From Azolla caroliniana (Eukaryota; Plantae; Polypodiophyta): a stretch of DNA of 22,118 nt. Positions 7,244 through 19,667 of the stretch are shown piece by piece. Every line of letters starts with the position of its first letter. Within the stretch, counting starts at the first letter, position 1. Location of the stretch: the NCBI GenBank assembly GCA_043228905.1, contig JBHGNT010000510.1:1-22118 (forward strand), read 5' to 3'. The position numbers and the translations under genes are program-made. The notes beneath the pieces are model-generated. The model was not told where the DNA came from, made no database searches, and saw only the letters and a list, made by a program, of their open reading frames with translations.

Positions 7244-8112
7244 ATAGTACATAAACCTTGTTCAAATTATTCTCGTGGTCTCTCTCTAATTTCTCGTAAG
7301 TGTTTACGAACAAGTGCGTCTCCCCAATCGCGCATTACACCCACACGAACGTAAACACGAGCACCAACGTCCCTCCAACACGAACGTAAACACGAGCACC
7401 AACGCATAGAATTTGCCTATAGGGACCGCAAACCACCCAAACGGAAAAGAAAACATCAAAGCAGGACACCCATACCGCACACGCCACGGCAACGGCTAAG
7501 GCTAAGGTCAACTTGTACACGCGGCGAATGTGAACTTGCTTCCACACTTGCCCGATAGGACACTCCTAGTGTGGTAGTCCGGTTAGCTTTCCTTGTCGTC
7601 GTCGTTACCAACCCCTCGTCCGTCCGAACGAGCGAGTACGGACACCGGTCTATCTACGTTCATCGATGTAGCACACTCGGGAGCCACCACTCGTCCCGCA
7701 GTAGCCTCCGCGTGCTTAGTGTCTCGGCACTAGCGCGTTCTAGTTTAATGTGCACGTGCCCGCACACCCCTACGCGCACGCGCGAGTGCGCACATTTACC
7801 TATGTATGTATAAATGTTATGTTGCTCGACAAGCTCTCGCGCGAGGAGGAGGAGTACCCGCTACAGGTTGCGCCCAGATTGTCTGGTGACAATACGACAC
7901 CTAGGACTAGCCTAGACGTGTGGGAGGGTGGACTAGTTGGTATGGGTCTTGGGCAAGAGTTGTACGCAGGACACACACGTTATGGTAATGGGAGTGGTGA
8001 GTGACATGCATGTGCTCTGATTGCATGGCCATGTGTATATATTAAAGGTGGAGGGAGCAATGTCAATACAATCCATTAGGAGACAAGCACCGGGATCATA
8101 AGGACAATCGCA

Positions 8113-8898
8113 ATGGCAAAGCTTACTTCCGTATTCCTCATGGCCGTGATCATGCTCGCCGCGTGTACCGCGGCCAATGCTAGGTCTGTAGGGCGGGACC
8201 GTGAAGAGGAGCGACGCGATCGACGTCGTGAGGGAGACATTGACGAGGAGAGGCGCGATCGACGCCGAGAGGGGGAGTGCGATGACGAGAGGCGCGAGCG
8301 ACGTCGTGAGGGGTTCCTTGAGGAGGGGCGCCGCTACAGAGACAACAAGAGAGACTCCGAAGAGGAAAGGGAACGTCGTAGCCGTGGTCGCGATGAGCCA
8401 CGTGACGAGGAACTGAGGCGAGAGTGCGGTGATTTCATCGACAAGCAGATCCGAGAGCTACAAGAGCGCTCCGAAAGAGAGGAAGGTGAACAAGGACGTC
8501 GCTCCCCATGGATCGAAAACACTCGATACTCAAGACCCTCGGAACGGTGCTGCAGGAACGTCGAACGAATCCCCGCCGAAGATCGATGCGATCGCCTACG
8601 TGATGCCTTGTATGCTGACGAGGAGGAACGACGCAATGATGAAGGCCGACGCCATGGCCAACAATCAAGGGAACACCGTAGCTGGGAGGAAGAGGACGAG
8701 GAGCGCGAGAGAGATAGCAGCCGTGAGCGACGAGAGGGTGACGAACGCCGCCACCGCATGTCTCGACGACAAGAGGACGAACGTCAACAACGTCGCCAAT
8801 TCAAGGCCGATGACGAGGAAAGAGCTCTAGGCGTCGCCGCCTCCCGCCTACTCCAACAGTGCGATCTTCGCCCTCGTGCTTGTATTCGTCGCTTCTAA
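8113..8898 (+). CDS. 2S-albumin-like Arg/Glu-rich storage protein precursor, 261 aa
   Basis: Translation identical to 1493..2278. Confidence 0.88.
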   Translation: MAKLTSVFLMAVIMLAACTAANARSVGRDREEERRDRRREGDIDEERRDRRREGECDDERRERRREGFLEEGRRYRDNKRDSEEERERRSRGRDEPRDEELRRECGDFIDKQIRELQERSEREEGEQGRRSPWIENTRYSRPSERCCRNVERIPAEDRCDRLRDALYADEEERRNDEGRRHGQQSREHRSWEEEDEERERDSSRERREGDERRHRMSRRQEDERQQRRQFKADDEERALGVAASRLLQQCDLRPRACIRRF

Positions 8899-9767
8899 AT
8901 AGTACATAAACCTTGTTCAAATTATTCTCGTGGTCTCTCTCTAATTTCTCGTAAGTGTTTACGAACAAGTGCGTCTCCCCAATCGCGCATTACACCCACA
9001 CGAACGTAAACACGAGCACCAACGTCCCTCCAACACGAACGTAAACACGAGCACCAACGCATAGAATTTGCCTATAGGGACCGCAAACCACCCAAACGGA
9101 AAAGAAAACATCAAAGCAGGACACCCATACCGCACACGCCACGGCAACGGCTAAGGCTAAGGTCAACTTGTACACGCGGCGAATGTGAACTTGCTTCCAC
9201 ACTTGCCCGATAGGACACTCCTAGTGTGGTAGTCCGGTTAGCTTTCCTTGTCGTCGTCGTTACCAACCCCTCGTCCGTCCGAACGAGTGAGTACGGACAC
9301 CGGTCTATCTACGTTCATCGATGTAGCACACTCGGGAGCCACCACTCGTCCCGCAGTAGCCTCCGCGTGCTTAGTGTCTCGGCACTAGCGCGTTCTAGTT
9401 TAATGTGCACGTGCCCGCACACCCCTACGCGCACGCGCGAGTGCGCACATTTACCTATGTATGTATAAATGTTATGTTGCTCGACAAGCTCTCGCGCGAG
9501 GAGGAGGAGTACCCGCTACAGGTTGCGCCCAGATTGTCTGGTGACAATACGACACCTAGGACTAGCCTAGACGTGTGGGAGGGTGGACTAGTTGGTATGG
9601 GTCTTGGGCAAGAGTTGTACGCAGGACACACACGTTATGGTAATGGGAGTGGTGAGTGACATGCATGTGCTCTGATTGCATGGCCATGTGTATATATTAA
9701 AGGTGGAGGGAGCAATGTCAATACAATCCATTAGGAGACAAGCACCGGGATCATAAGGACAATCGCA

Positions 9768-10553
9768 ATGGCAAAGCTTACTTCCGTATTCCTCATGGCC
9801 GTGATCATGCTCGCCGCGTGTACCGCGGCCAATGCTAGGTCTGTAGGGCGGGACCGTGAAGAGGAGCGACGCGATCGACGTCGTGAGGGAGACATTGACG
9901 AGGAGAGGCGCGATCGACGCCGAGAGGGGGAGTGCGATGACGAGAGGCGCGAGCGACGTCGTGAGGGGTTCCTTGAGGAGGGGCGCCGCTACAGAGACAA
10001 CAAGAGAGACTCCGAAGAGGAAAGGGAACGTCGTAGCCGTGGTCGCGATGAGCCACGTGACGAGGAACTGAGGCGAGAGTGCGGTGATTTCATCGACAAG
10101 CAGATCCGAGAGCTACAAGAGCGCTCCGAAAGAGAGGAAGGTGAACAAGGACGTCGCTCCCCATGGATCGAAAACACTCGATACTCAAGACCCTCGGAAC
10201 GGTGCTGCAGGAACGTCGAACGAATCCCCGCCGAAGATCGATGCGATCGCCTACGTGATGCCTTGTATGCTGACGAGGAGGAACGACGCAATGATGAAGG
10301 CCGACGCCATGGCCAACAATCAAGGGAACACCGTAGCTGGGAGGAAGAGGACGAGGAGCGCGAGAGAGATAGCAGCCGTGAGCGACGAGAGGGTGACGAA
10401 CGCCGCCACCGCATGTCTCGACGACAAGAGGACGAACGTCAACAACGTCGCCAATTCAAGGCCGATGACGAGGAAAGAGCTCTAGGCGTCGCCGCCTCCC
10501 GCCTACTCCAACAGTGCGATCTTCGCCCTCGTGCTTGTATTCGTCGCTTCTAA
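9768..10553 (+). CDS. 2S-albumin-like Arg/Glu-rich storage protein precursor, 261 aa
   Basis: Translation identical to 1493..2278. Confidence 0.88.
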   Translation: MAKLTSVFLMAVIMLAACTAANARSVGRDREEERRDRRREGDIDEERRDRRREGECDDERRERRREGFLEEGRRYRDNKRDSEEERERRSRGRDEPRDEELRRECGDFIDKQIRELQERSEREEGEQGRRSPWIENTRYSRPSERCCRNVERIPAEDRCDRLRDALYADEEERRNDEGRRHGQQSREHRSWEEEDEERERDSSRERREGDERRHRMSRRQEDERQQRRQFKADDEERALGVAASRLLQQCDLRPRACIRRF

Positions 10554-11422
10554 ATAGTACATAAACCTTGTTCAAATTATTCTCGTGGTCTCTCTCTAAT
10601 TTCTCGTAAGTGTTTACGAACAAGTGCGTCTCCCCAATCGCGCATTACACCCACACGAACGTAAACACGAGCACCAACGTCCCTCCAACACGAACGTAAA
10701 CACGAGCACCAACGCATAGAATTTGCCTATAGGGACCGCAAACCACCCAAACGGAAAAGAAAACATCAAAGCAGGACACCCATACCGCACACGCCACGGC
10801 AACGGCTAAGGCTAAGGTCAACTTGTACACGCGGCGAATGTGAACTTGCTTCCACACTTGCCCGATAGGACACTCCTAGTGTGGTAGTCCGGTTAGCTTT
10901 CCTTGTCGTCGTCGTTACCAACCCCTCGTCCGTCCGAACGAGCGAGTACGGACACCGGTCTATCTACGTTCATCGATGTAGCACACTCGGGAGCCACCAC
11001 TCGTCCCGCAGTAGCCTCCGCGTGCTTAGTGTCTCGGCACTAGCGCGTTCTAGTTTAATGTGCACGTGCCCGCACACCCCTACGCGCACGCGCGAGTGCG
11101 CACATTTACCTATGTATGTATAAATGTTATGTTGCTCGACAAGCTCTCGCGCGAGGAGGAGGAGTACCCGCTACAGGTTGCGCCCAGATTGTCTGGTGAC
11201 AATACGACACCTAGGACTAGCCTAGACGTGTGGGAGGGTGGACTAGTTGGTATGGGTCTTGGGCAAGAGTTGTACGCAGGACACACACGTTATGGTAATG
11301 GGAGTGGTGAGTGACATGCATGTGCTCTGATTGCATGGCCATGTGTATATATTAAAGGTGGAGGGAGCAATGTCAATACAATCCATTAGGAGACAAGCAC
11401 CGGGATCATAAGGACAATCGCA

Positions 11423-12208
11423 ATGGCAAAGCTTACTTCCGTATTCCTCATGGCCGTGATCATGCTCGCCGCGTGTACCGCGGCCAATGCTAGGTCTGTA
11501 GGGCGGGACCGTGAAGAGGAGCGACGCGATCGACGTCGTGAGGGAGACATTGACGAGGAGAGGCGCGATCGACGCCGAGAGGGGGAGTGCGATGACGAGA
11601 GGCGCGAGCGACGTCGTGAGGGGTTCCTTGAGGAGGGGCGCCGCTACAGAGACAACAAGAGAGACTCCGAAGAGGAAAGGGAACGTCGTAGCCGTGGTCG
11701 CGATGAGCCACGTGACGAGGAACTGAGGCGAGAGTGCGGTGATTTCATCGACAAGCAGATCCGAGAGCTACAAGAGCGCTCCGAAAGAGAGGAAGGTGAA
11801 CAAGGACGTCGCTCCCCATGGATCGAAAACACTCGATACTCAAGACCCTCGGAACGGTGCTGCAGGAACGTCGAACGAATCCCCGCCGAAGATCGATGCG
11901 ATCGCCTACGTGATGCCTTGTATGCTGACGAGGAGGAACGACGCAATGATGAAGGCCGACGCCATGGCCAACAATCAAGGGAACACCGTAGCTGGGAGGA
12001 AGAGGACGAGGAGCGCGAGAGAGATAGCAGCCGTGAGCGACGAGAGGGTGACGAACGCCGCCACCGCATGTCTCGACGACAAGAGGACGAACGTCAACAA
12101 CGTCGCCAATTCAAGGCCGATGACGAGGAAAGAGCTCTAGGCGTCGCCGCCTCCCGCCTACTCCAACAGTGCGATCTTCGCCCTCGTGCTTGTATTCGTC
12201 GCTTCTAA
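11423..12208 (+). CDS. 2S-albumin-like Arg/Glu-rich storage protein precursor, 261 aa
   Basis: Translation identical to 1493..2278. Confidence 0.88.
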   Translation: MAKLTSVFLMAVIMLAACTAANARSVGRDREEERRDRRREGDIDEERRDRRREGECDDERRERRREGFLEEGRRYRDNKRDSEEERERRSRGRDEPRDEELRRECGDFIDKQIRELQERSEREEGEQGRRSPWIENTRYSRPSERCCRNVERIPAEDRCDRLRDALYADEEERRNDEGRRHGQQSREHRSWEEEDEERERDSSRERREGDERRHRMSRRQEDERQQRRQFKADDEERALGVAASRLLQQCDLRPRACIRRF

Positions 12209-13077
12209 ATAGTACATAAACCTTGTTCAAATTATTCTCGTGGTCTCTCTCTAATTTCTCGTAAGTGTTTACGAACAAGTGCGTCTCCCCAATCGCGCAT
12301 TACACCCACACGAACGTAAACACGAGCACCAACGTCCCTCCAACACGAACGTAAACACGAGCACCAACGCATAGAATTTGCCTATAGGGACCGCAAACCA
12401 CCCAAACGGAAAAGAAAACATCAAAGCAGGACACCCATACCGCACACGCCACGGCAACGGCTAAGGCTAAGGTCAACTTGTACACGCGGCGAATGTGAAC
12501 TTGCTTCCACACTTGCCCGATAGGACACTCCTAGTGTGGTAGTCCGGTTAGCTTTCCTTGTCGTCGTCGTTACCAACCCCTCGTCCGTCCGAACGAGCGA
12601 GTACGGACACCGGTCTATCTACGTTCATCGATGTAGCACACTCGGGAGCCACCACTCGTCCCGCAGTAGCCTCCGCGTGCTTAGTGTCTCGGCACTAGCG
12701 CGTTCTAGTTTAATGTGCACGTGCCCGCACACCCCTACGCGCACGCGCGAGTGCGCACATTTACCTATGTATGTATAAATGTTATGTTGCTCGACAAGCT
12801 CTCGCGCGAGGAGGAGGAGTACCCGCTACAGGTTGCGCCCAGATTGTCTGGTGACAATACGACACCTAGGACTAGCCTAGACGTGTGGGAGGGTGGACTA
12901 GTTGGTATGGGTCTTGGGCAAGAGTTGTACGCAGGACACACACGTTATGGTAATGGGAGTGGTGAGTGACATGCATGTGCTCTGATTGCATGGCCATGTG
13001 TATATATTAAAGGTGGAGGGAGCAATGTCAATACAATCCATTAGGAGACAAGCACCGGGATCATAAGGACAATCGCA

Positions 13078-13863
13078 ATGGCAAAGCTTACTTCCGTATT
13101 CCTCATGGCCGTGATCATGCTCGCCGCGTGTACCGCGGCCAATGCTAGGTCTGTAGGGCGGGACCGTGAAGAGGAGCGACGCGATCGACGTCGTGAGGGA
13201 GACATTGACGAGGAGAGGCGCGATCGACGCCGAGAGGGGGAGTGCGATGACGAGAGGCGCGAGCGACGTCGTGAGGGGTTCCTTGAGGAGGGGCGCCGCT
13301 ACAGAGACAACAAGAGAGACTCCGAAGAGGAAAGGGAACGTCGTAGCCGTGGTCGCGATGAGCCACGTGACGAGGAACTGAGGCGAGAGTGCGGTGATTT
13401 CATCGACAAGCAGATCCGAGAGCTACAAGAGCGCTCCGAAAGAGAGGAAGGTGAACAAGGACGTCGCTCCCCATGGATCGAAAACACTCGATACTCAAGA
13501 CCCTCGGAACGGTGCTGCAGGAACGTCGAACGAATCCCCGCCGAAGATCGATGCGATCGCCTACGTGATGCCTTGTATGCTGACGAGGAGGAACGACGCA
13601 ATGATGAAGGCCGACGCCATGGCCAACAATCAAGGGAACACCGTAGCTGGGAGGAAGAGGACGAGGAGCGCGAGAGAGATAGCAGCCGTGAGCGACGAGA
13701 GGGTGACGAACGCCGCCACCGCATGTCTCGACGACAAGAGGACGAACGTCAACAACGTCGCCAATTCAAGGCCGATGACGAGGAAAGAGCTCTAGGCGTC
13801 GCCGCCTCCCGCCTACTCCAACAGTGCGATCTTCGCCCTCGTGCTTGTATTCGTCGCTTCTAA
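13078..13863 (+). CDS. 2S-albumin-like Arg/Glu-rich storage protein precursor, 261 aa
   Basis: Translation identical to 1493..2278. Confidence 0.88.
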   Translation: MAKLTSVFLMAVIMLAACTAANARSVGRDREEERRDRRREGDIDEERRDRRREGECDDERRERRREGFLEEGRRYRDNKRDSEEERERRSRGRDEPRDEELRRECGDFIDKQIRELQERSEREEGEQGRRSPWIENTRYSRPSERCCRNVERIPAEDRCDRLRDALYADEEERRNDEGRRHGQQSREHRSWEEEDEERERDSSRERREGDERRHRMSRRQEDERQQRRQFKADDEERALGVAASRLLQQCDLRPRACIRRF

Positions 13864-14732
13864 ATAGTACATAAACCTTGTTCAAATTATTCTCGTGGTC
13901 TCTCTCTAATTTCTCGTAAGTGTTTACGAACAAGTGCGTCTCCCCAATCGCGCATTACACCCACACGAACGTAAACACGAGCACCAACGTCCCTCCAACA
14001 CGAACGTAAACACGAGCACCAACGCATAGAATTTGCCTATAGGGACCGCAAACCACCCAAACGGAAAAGAAAACATCAAAGCAGGACACCCATACCGCAC
14101 ACGCCACGGCAACGGCTAAGGCTAAGGTCAACTTGTACACGCGGCGAATGTGAACTTGCTTCCACACTTGCCCGATAGGACACTCCTAGTGTGGTAGTCC
14201 GGTTAGCTTTCCTTGTCGTCGTCGTTACCAACCCCTCGTCCGTCCGAACGAGCGAGTACGGACACCGGTCTATCTACGTTCATCGATGTAGCACACTCGG
14301 GAGCCACCACTCGTCCCGCAGTAGCCTCCGCGTGCTTAGTGTCTCGGCACTAGCGCGTTCTAGTTTAATGTGCACGTGCCCGCACACCCCTACGCGCACG
14401 CGCGAGTGCGCACATTTACCTATGTATGTATAAATGTTATGTTGCTCGACAAGCTCTCGCGCGAGGAGGAGGAGTACCCGCTACAGGTTGCGCCCAGATT
14501 GTCTGGTGACAATACGACACCTAGGACTAGCCTAGACGTGTGGGAGGGTGGACTAGTTGGTATGGGTCTTGGGCAAGAGTTGTACGCAGGACACACACGT
14601 TATGGTAATGGGAGTGGTGAGTGACATGCATGTGCTCTGATTGCATGGCCATGTGTATATATTAAAGGTGGAGGGAGCAATGTCAATACAATCCATTAGG
14701 AGACAAGCACCGGGATCATAAGGACAATCGCA

Positions 14733-15518
14733 ATGGCAAAGCTTACTTCCGTATTCCTCATGGCCGTGATCATGCTCGCCGCGTGTACCGCGGCCAATGC
14801 TAGGTCTGTAGGGCGGGACCGTGAAGAGGAGCGACGCGATCGACGTCGTGAGGGAGACATTGACGAGGAGAGGCGCGATCGACGCCGAGAGGGGGAGTGC
14901 GATGACGAGAGGCGCGAGCGACGTCGTGAGGGGTTCCTTGAGGAGGGGCGCCGCTACAGAGACAACAAGAGAGACTCCGAAGAGGAAAGGGAACGTCGTA
15001 GCCGTGGTCGCGATGAGCCACGTGACGAGGAACTGAGGCGAGAGTGCGGTGATTTCATCGACAAGCAGATCCGAGAGCTACAAGAGCGCTCCGAAAGAGA
15101 GGAAGGTGAACAAGGACGTCGCTCCCCATGGATCGAAAACACTCGATACTCAAGACCCTCGGAACGGTGCTGCAGGAACGTCGAACGAATCCCCGCCGAA
15201 GATCGATGCGATCGCCTACGTGATGCCTTGTATGCTGACGAGGAGGAACGACGCAATGATGAAGGCCGACGCCATGGCCAACAATCAAGGGAACACCGTA
15301 GCTGGGAGGAAGAGGACGAGGAGCGCGAGAGAGATAGCAGCCGTGAGCGACGAGAGGGTGACGAACGCCGCCACCGCATGTCTCGACGACAAGAGGACGA
15401 ACGTCAACAACGTCGCCAATTCAAGGCCGATGACGAGGAAAGAGCTCTAGGCGTCGCCGCCTCCCGCCTACTCCAACAGTGCGATCTTCGCCCTCGTGCT
15501 TGTATTCGTCGCTTCTAA
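14733..15518 (+). CDS. 2S-albumin-like Arg/Glu-rich storage protein precursor, 261 aa
   Basis: Translation identical to 1493..2278; last copy of the long variant. Confidence 0.88.
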   Translation: MAKLTSVFLMAVIMLAACTAANARSVGRDREEERRDRRREGDIDEERRDRRREGECDDERRERRREGFLEEGRRYRDNKRDSEEERERRSRGRDEPRDEELRRECGDFIDKQIRELQERSEREEGEQGRRSPWIENTRYSRPSERCCRNVERIPAEDRCDRLRDALYADEEERRNDEGRRHGQQSREHRSWEEEDEERERDSSRERREGDERRHRMSRRQEDERQQRRQFKADDEERALGVAASRLLQQCDLRPRACIRRF

Positions 15519-16387
15519 ATAGTACATAAACCTTGTTCAAATTATTCTCGTGGTCTCTCTCTAATTTCTCGTAAGTGTTTACGAACAAGTGCGTCTCCCC
15601 AATCGCGCATTACACCCACACGAACGTAAACACGAGCACCAACGTCCCTCCAACACGAACGTAAACACGAGCACCAACGCATAGAATTTGCCTATAGGGA
15701 CCGCAAACCACCCAAACGGAAAAGAAAACATCAAAGCAGGACACCCATACCGCACACGCCACGGCAACGGCTAAGGCTAAGGTCAACTTGTACACGCGGC
15801 GAATGTGAACTTGCTTCCACACTTGCCCGATAGGACACTCCTAGTGTGGTAGTCCGGTTAGCTTTCCTTGTCGTCGTCGTTACCAACCCCTCGTCCGTCC
15901 GAACGAGCGAGTACGGACACCGGTCTATCTACGTTCATCGATGTAGCACACTCGGGAGCCACCACTCGTCCCGCAGTAGCCTCCGCGTGCTTAGTGTCTC
16001 GGCACTAGCGCGTTCTAGTTTAATGTGCACGTGCCCGCACACCCCTACGCGCACGCGCGAGTGCGCACATTTACCTATGTATGTATAAATGTTATGTTGC
16101 TCGACAAGCTCTCGCGCGAGGAGGAGGAGTACCCGCTACAGGTTGCGCCCAGATTGTCTGGTGACAATACGACACCTAGGACTAGCCTAGACGTGTGGGA
16201 GGGTGGACTAGTTGGTATGGGTCTTGGGCAAGAGTTGTACGCAGGACACACACGTTATGGTAATGGGAGTGGTGAGTGACATGCATGTGCTCTGATTGCA
16301 TGGCCATGTGTATATATTAAAGGTGGAGGGAGCAATGTCAATACAATCCATTAGGAGACAAGCACCGGGATCATAAGGACAATCGCA

Positions 16388-17158
16388 ATGGCAAAGCTTA
16401 CTTCCGTATTCCTCATGGCCGTGATCATGCTCGCCGCGTGTACCGCGGCCAATGCTAGGTCTGTAGGGCGGGACCGTGAAGAGGAGCGACGCGATCGACG
16501 TCGTGAGGGAGACATTGACGAGGAGAGGCGCGATCGACGCCGAGAGGGGGAGTGCGAGCGACGTCGTGAGGGGTTCCTTGAGGAGGGGCGCCGCTACAGA
16601 GACAACAAGAGAGACTCCGAAGAGGAAAGGGAACGTCGTAGCCGTGGTCGCGATGAGCCACGTGACGAGGAACTGAGGCGAGAGTGCGGTGATTTCATCG
16701 ACAAGCAGATCCGAGAGCTACAAGAGCGCTCCGAAAGAGAGGAAGGTGAACAAGGACGTCGCTCCCCATGGATCGAAAACACTCGATACTCAAGACCCTC
16801 GGAACGGTGCTGCAGGAACGTCGAACGAATCCCCGCCGAAGATCGATGCGATCGCCTACGTGATGCCTTGTATGCTGACGAGGAGGAACGACGCAATGAT
16901 GAAGGCCGACGCCATGGCCAACAATCAAGGGAACACCGTAGCTGGGAGGAAGAGGACGAGGAGCGCGAGAGAGATAGCAGCCGTGAGCGACGAGAGGGTG
17001 ACGAACGCCGCCACCGCATGTCTCGACGACAAGAGGACGAACGTCAACAACGTCGCCAATTCAAGGCCGATGACGAGGAAAGAGCTCTAGGCGTCGCCGC
17101 CTCCCGCCTACTCCAACAGTGCGATCTTCGCCCTCGTGCTTGTATTCGTCGCTTCTAA
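16388..17158 (+). CDS. 2S-albumin-like Arg/Glu-rich storage protein precursor, 256-aa variant (delta DDERR)
   Basis: Same as the 261-aa form but with a 15-bp in-frame deletion after Cys56. Confidence 0.88.
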   Translation: MAKLTSVFLMAVIMLAACTAANARSVGRDREEERRDRRREGDIDEERRDRRREGECERRREGFLEEGRRYRDNKRDSEEERERRSRGRDEPRDEELRRECGDFIDKQIRELQERSEREEGEQGRRSPWIENTRYSRPSERCCRNVERIPAEDRCDRLRDALYADEEERRNDEGRRHGQQSREHRSWEEEDEERERDSSRERREGDERRHRMSRRQEDERQQRRQFKADDEERALGVAASRLLQQCDLRPRACIRRF

Positions 17159-18027
17159 ATAGTACATAAACCTTGTTCAAATTATTCTCGTGGTCTCTCT
17201 CTAATTTCTCGTAAGTGTTTACGAACAAGTGCGTCTCCCCAATCGCGCATTACACCCACACGAACGTAAACACGAGCACCAACGTCCCTCCAACACGAAC
17301 GTAAACACGAGCACCAACGCATAGAATTTGCCTATAGGGACCGCAAACCACCCAAACGGAAAAGAAAACATCAAAGCAGGACACCCATACCGCACACGCC
17401 ACGGCAACGGCTAAGGCTAAGGTCAACTTGTACACGCGGCGAATGTGAACTTGCTTCCACACTTGCCCGATAGGACACTCCTAGTGTGGTAGTCCGGTTA
17501 GCTTTCCTTGTCGTCGTCGTTACCAACCCCTCGTCCGTCCGAACGAGCGAGTACGGACACCGGTCTATCTACGTTCATCGATGTAGCACACTCGGGAGCC
17601 ACCACTCGTCCCGCAGTAGCCTCCGCGTGCTTAGTGTCTCGGCACTAGCGCGTTCTAGTTTAATGTGCACGTGCCCGCACACCCCTACGCGCACGCGCGA
17701 GTGCGCACATTTACCTATGTATGTATAAATGTTATGTTGCTCGACAAGCTCTCGCGCGAGGAGGAGGAGTACCCGCTACAGGTTGCGCCCAGATTGTCTG
17801 GTGACAATACGACACCTAGGACTAGCCTAGACGTGTGGGAGGGTGGACTAGTTGGTATGGGTCTTGGGCAAGAGTTGTACGCAGGACACACACGTTATGG
17901 TAATGGGAGTGGTGAGTGACATGCATGTGCTCTGATTGCATGGCCATGTGTATATATTAAAGGTGGAGGGAGCAATGTCAATACAATCCATTAGGAGACA
18001 AGCACCGGGATCATAAGGACAATCGCA

Positions 18028-18798
18028 ATGGCAAAGCTTACTTCCGTATTCCTCATGGCCGTGATCATGCTCGCCGCGTGTACCGCGGCCAATGCTAGGT
18101 CTGTAGGGCGGGACCGTGAAGAGGAGCGACGCGATCGACGTCGTGAGGGAGACATTGACGAGGAGAGGCGCGATCGACGCCGAGAGGGGGAGTGCGAGCG
18201 ACGTCGTGAGGGGTTCCTTGAGGAGGGGCGCCGCTACAGAGACAACAAGAGAGACTCCGAAGAGGAAAGGGAACGTCGTAGCCGTGGTCGCGATGAGCCA
18301 CGTGACGAGGAACTGAGGCGAGAGTGCGGTGATTTCATCGACAAGCAGATCCGAGAGCTACAAGAGCGCTCCGAAAGAGAGGAAGGTGAACAAGGACGTC
18401 GCTCCCCATGGATCGAAAACACTCGATACTCAAGACCCTCGGAACGGTGCTGCAGGAACGTCGAACGAATCCCCGCCGAAGATCGATGCGATCGCCTACG
18501 TGATGCCTTGTATGCTGACGAGGAGGAACGACGCAATGATGAAGGCCGACGCCATGGCCAACAATCAAGGGAACACCGTAGCTGGGAGGAAGAGGACGAG
18601 GAGCGCGAGAGAGATAGCAGCCGTGAGCGACGAGAGGGTGACGAACGCCGCCACCGCATGTCTCGACGACAAGAGGACGAACGTCAACAACGTCGCCAAT
18701 TCAAGGCCGATGACGAGGAAAGAGCTCTAGGCGTCGCCGCCTCCCGCCTACTCCAACAGTGCGATCTTCGCCCTCGTGCTTGTATTCGTCGCTTCTAA
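18028..18798 (+). CDS. 2S-albumin-like Arg/Glu-rich storage protein precursor, 256-aa variant
   Basis: Translation identical to 16388..17158. Confidence 0.88.
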   Translation: MAKLTSVFLMAVIMLAACTAANARSVGRDREEERRDRRREGDIDEERRDRRREGECERRREGFLEEGRRYRDNKRDSEEERERRSRGRDEPRDEELRRECGDFIDKQIRELQERSEREEGEQGRRSPWIENTRYSRPSERCCRNVERIPAEDRCDRLRDALYADEEERRNDEGRRHGQQSREHRSWEEEDEERERDSSRERREGDERRHRMSRRQEDERQQRRQFKADDEERALGVAASRLLQQCDLRPRACIRRF

Positions 18799-19667
18799 AT
18801 AGTACATAAACCTTGTTCAAATTATTCTCGTGGTCTCTCTCTAATTTCTCGTAAGTGTTTACGAACAAGTGCGTCTCCCCAATCGCGCATTACACCCACA
18901 CGAACGTAAACACGAGCACCAACGTCCCTCCAACACGAACGTAAACACGAGCACCAACGCATAGAATTTGCCTATAGGGACCGCAAACCACCCAAACGGA
19001 AAAGAAAACATCAAAGCAGGACACCCATACCGCACACGCCACGGCAACGGCTAAGGCTAAGGTCAACTTGTACACGCGGCGAATGTGAACTTGCTTCCAC
19101 ACTTGCCCGATAGGACACTCCTAGTGTGGTAGTCCGGTTAGCTTTCCTTGTCGTCGTCGTTACCAACCCCTCGTCCGTCCGAACGAGCGAGTACGGACAC
19201 CGGTCTATCTACGTTCATCGATGTAGCACACTCGGGAGCCACCACTCGTCCCGCAGTAGCCTCCGCGTGCTTAGTGTCTCGGCACTAGCGCGTTCTAGTT
19301 TAATGTGCACGTGCCCGCACACCCCTACGCGCACGCGCGAGTGCGCACATTTACCTATGTATGTATAAATGTTATGTTGCTCGACAAGCTCTCGCGCGAG
19401 GAGGAGGAGTACCCGCTACAGGTTGCGCCCAGATTGTCTGGTGACAATACGACACCTAGGACTAGCCTAGACGTGTGGGAGGGTGGACTAGTTGGTATGG
19501 GTCTTGGGCAAGAGTTGTACGCAGGACACACACGTTATGGTAATGGGAGTGGTGAGTGACATGCATGTGCTCTGATTGCATGGCCATGTGTATATATTAA
19601 AGGTGGAGGGAGCAATGTCAATACAATCCATTAGGAGACAAGCACCGGGATCATAAGGACAATCGCA

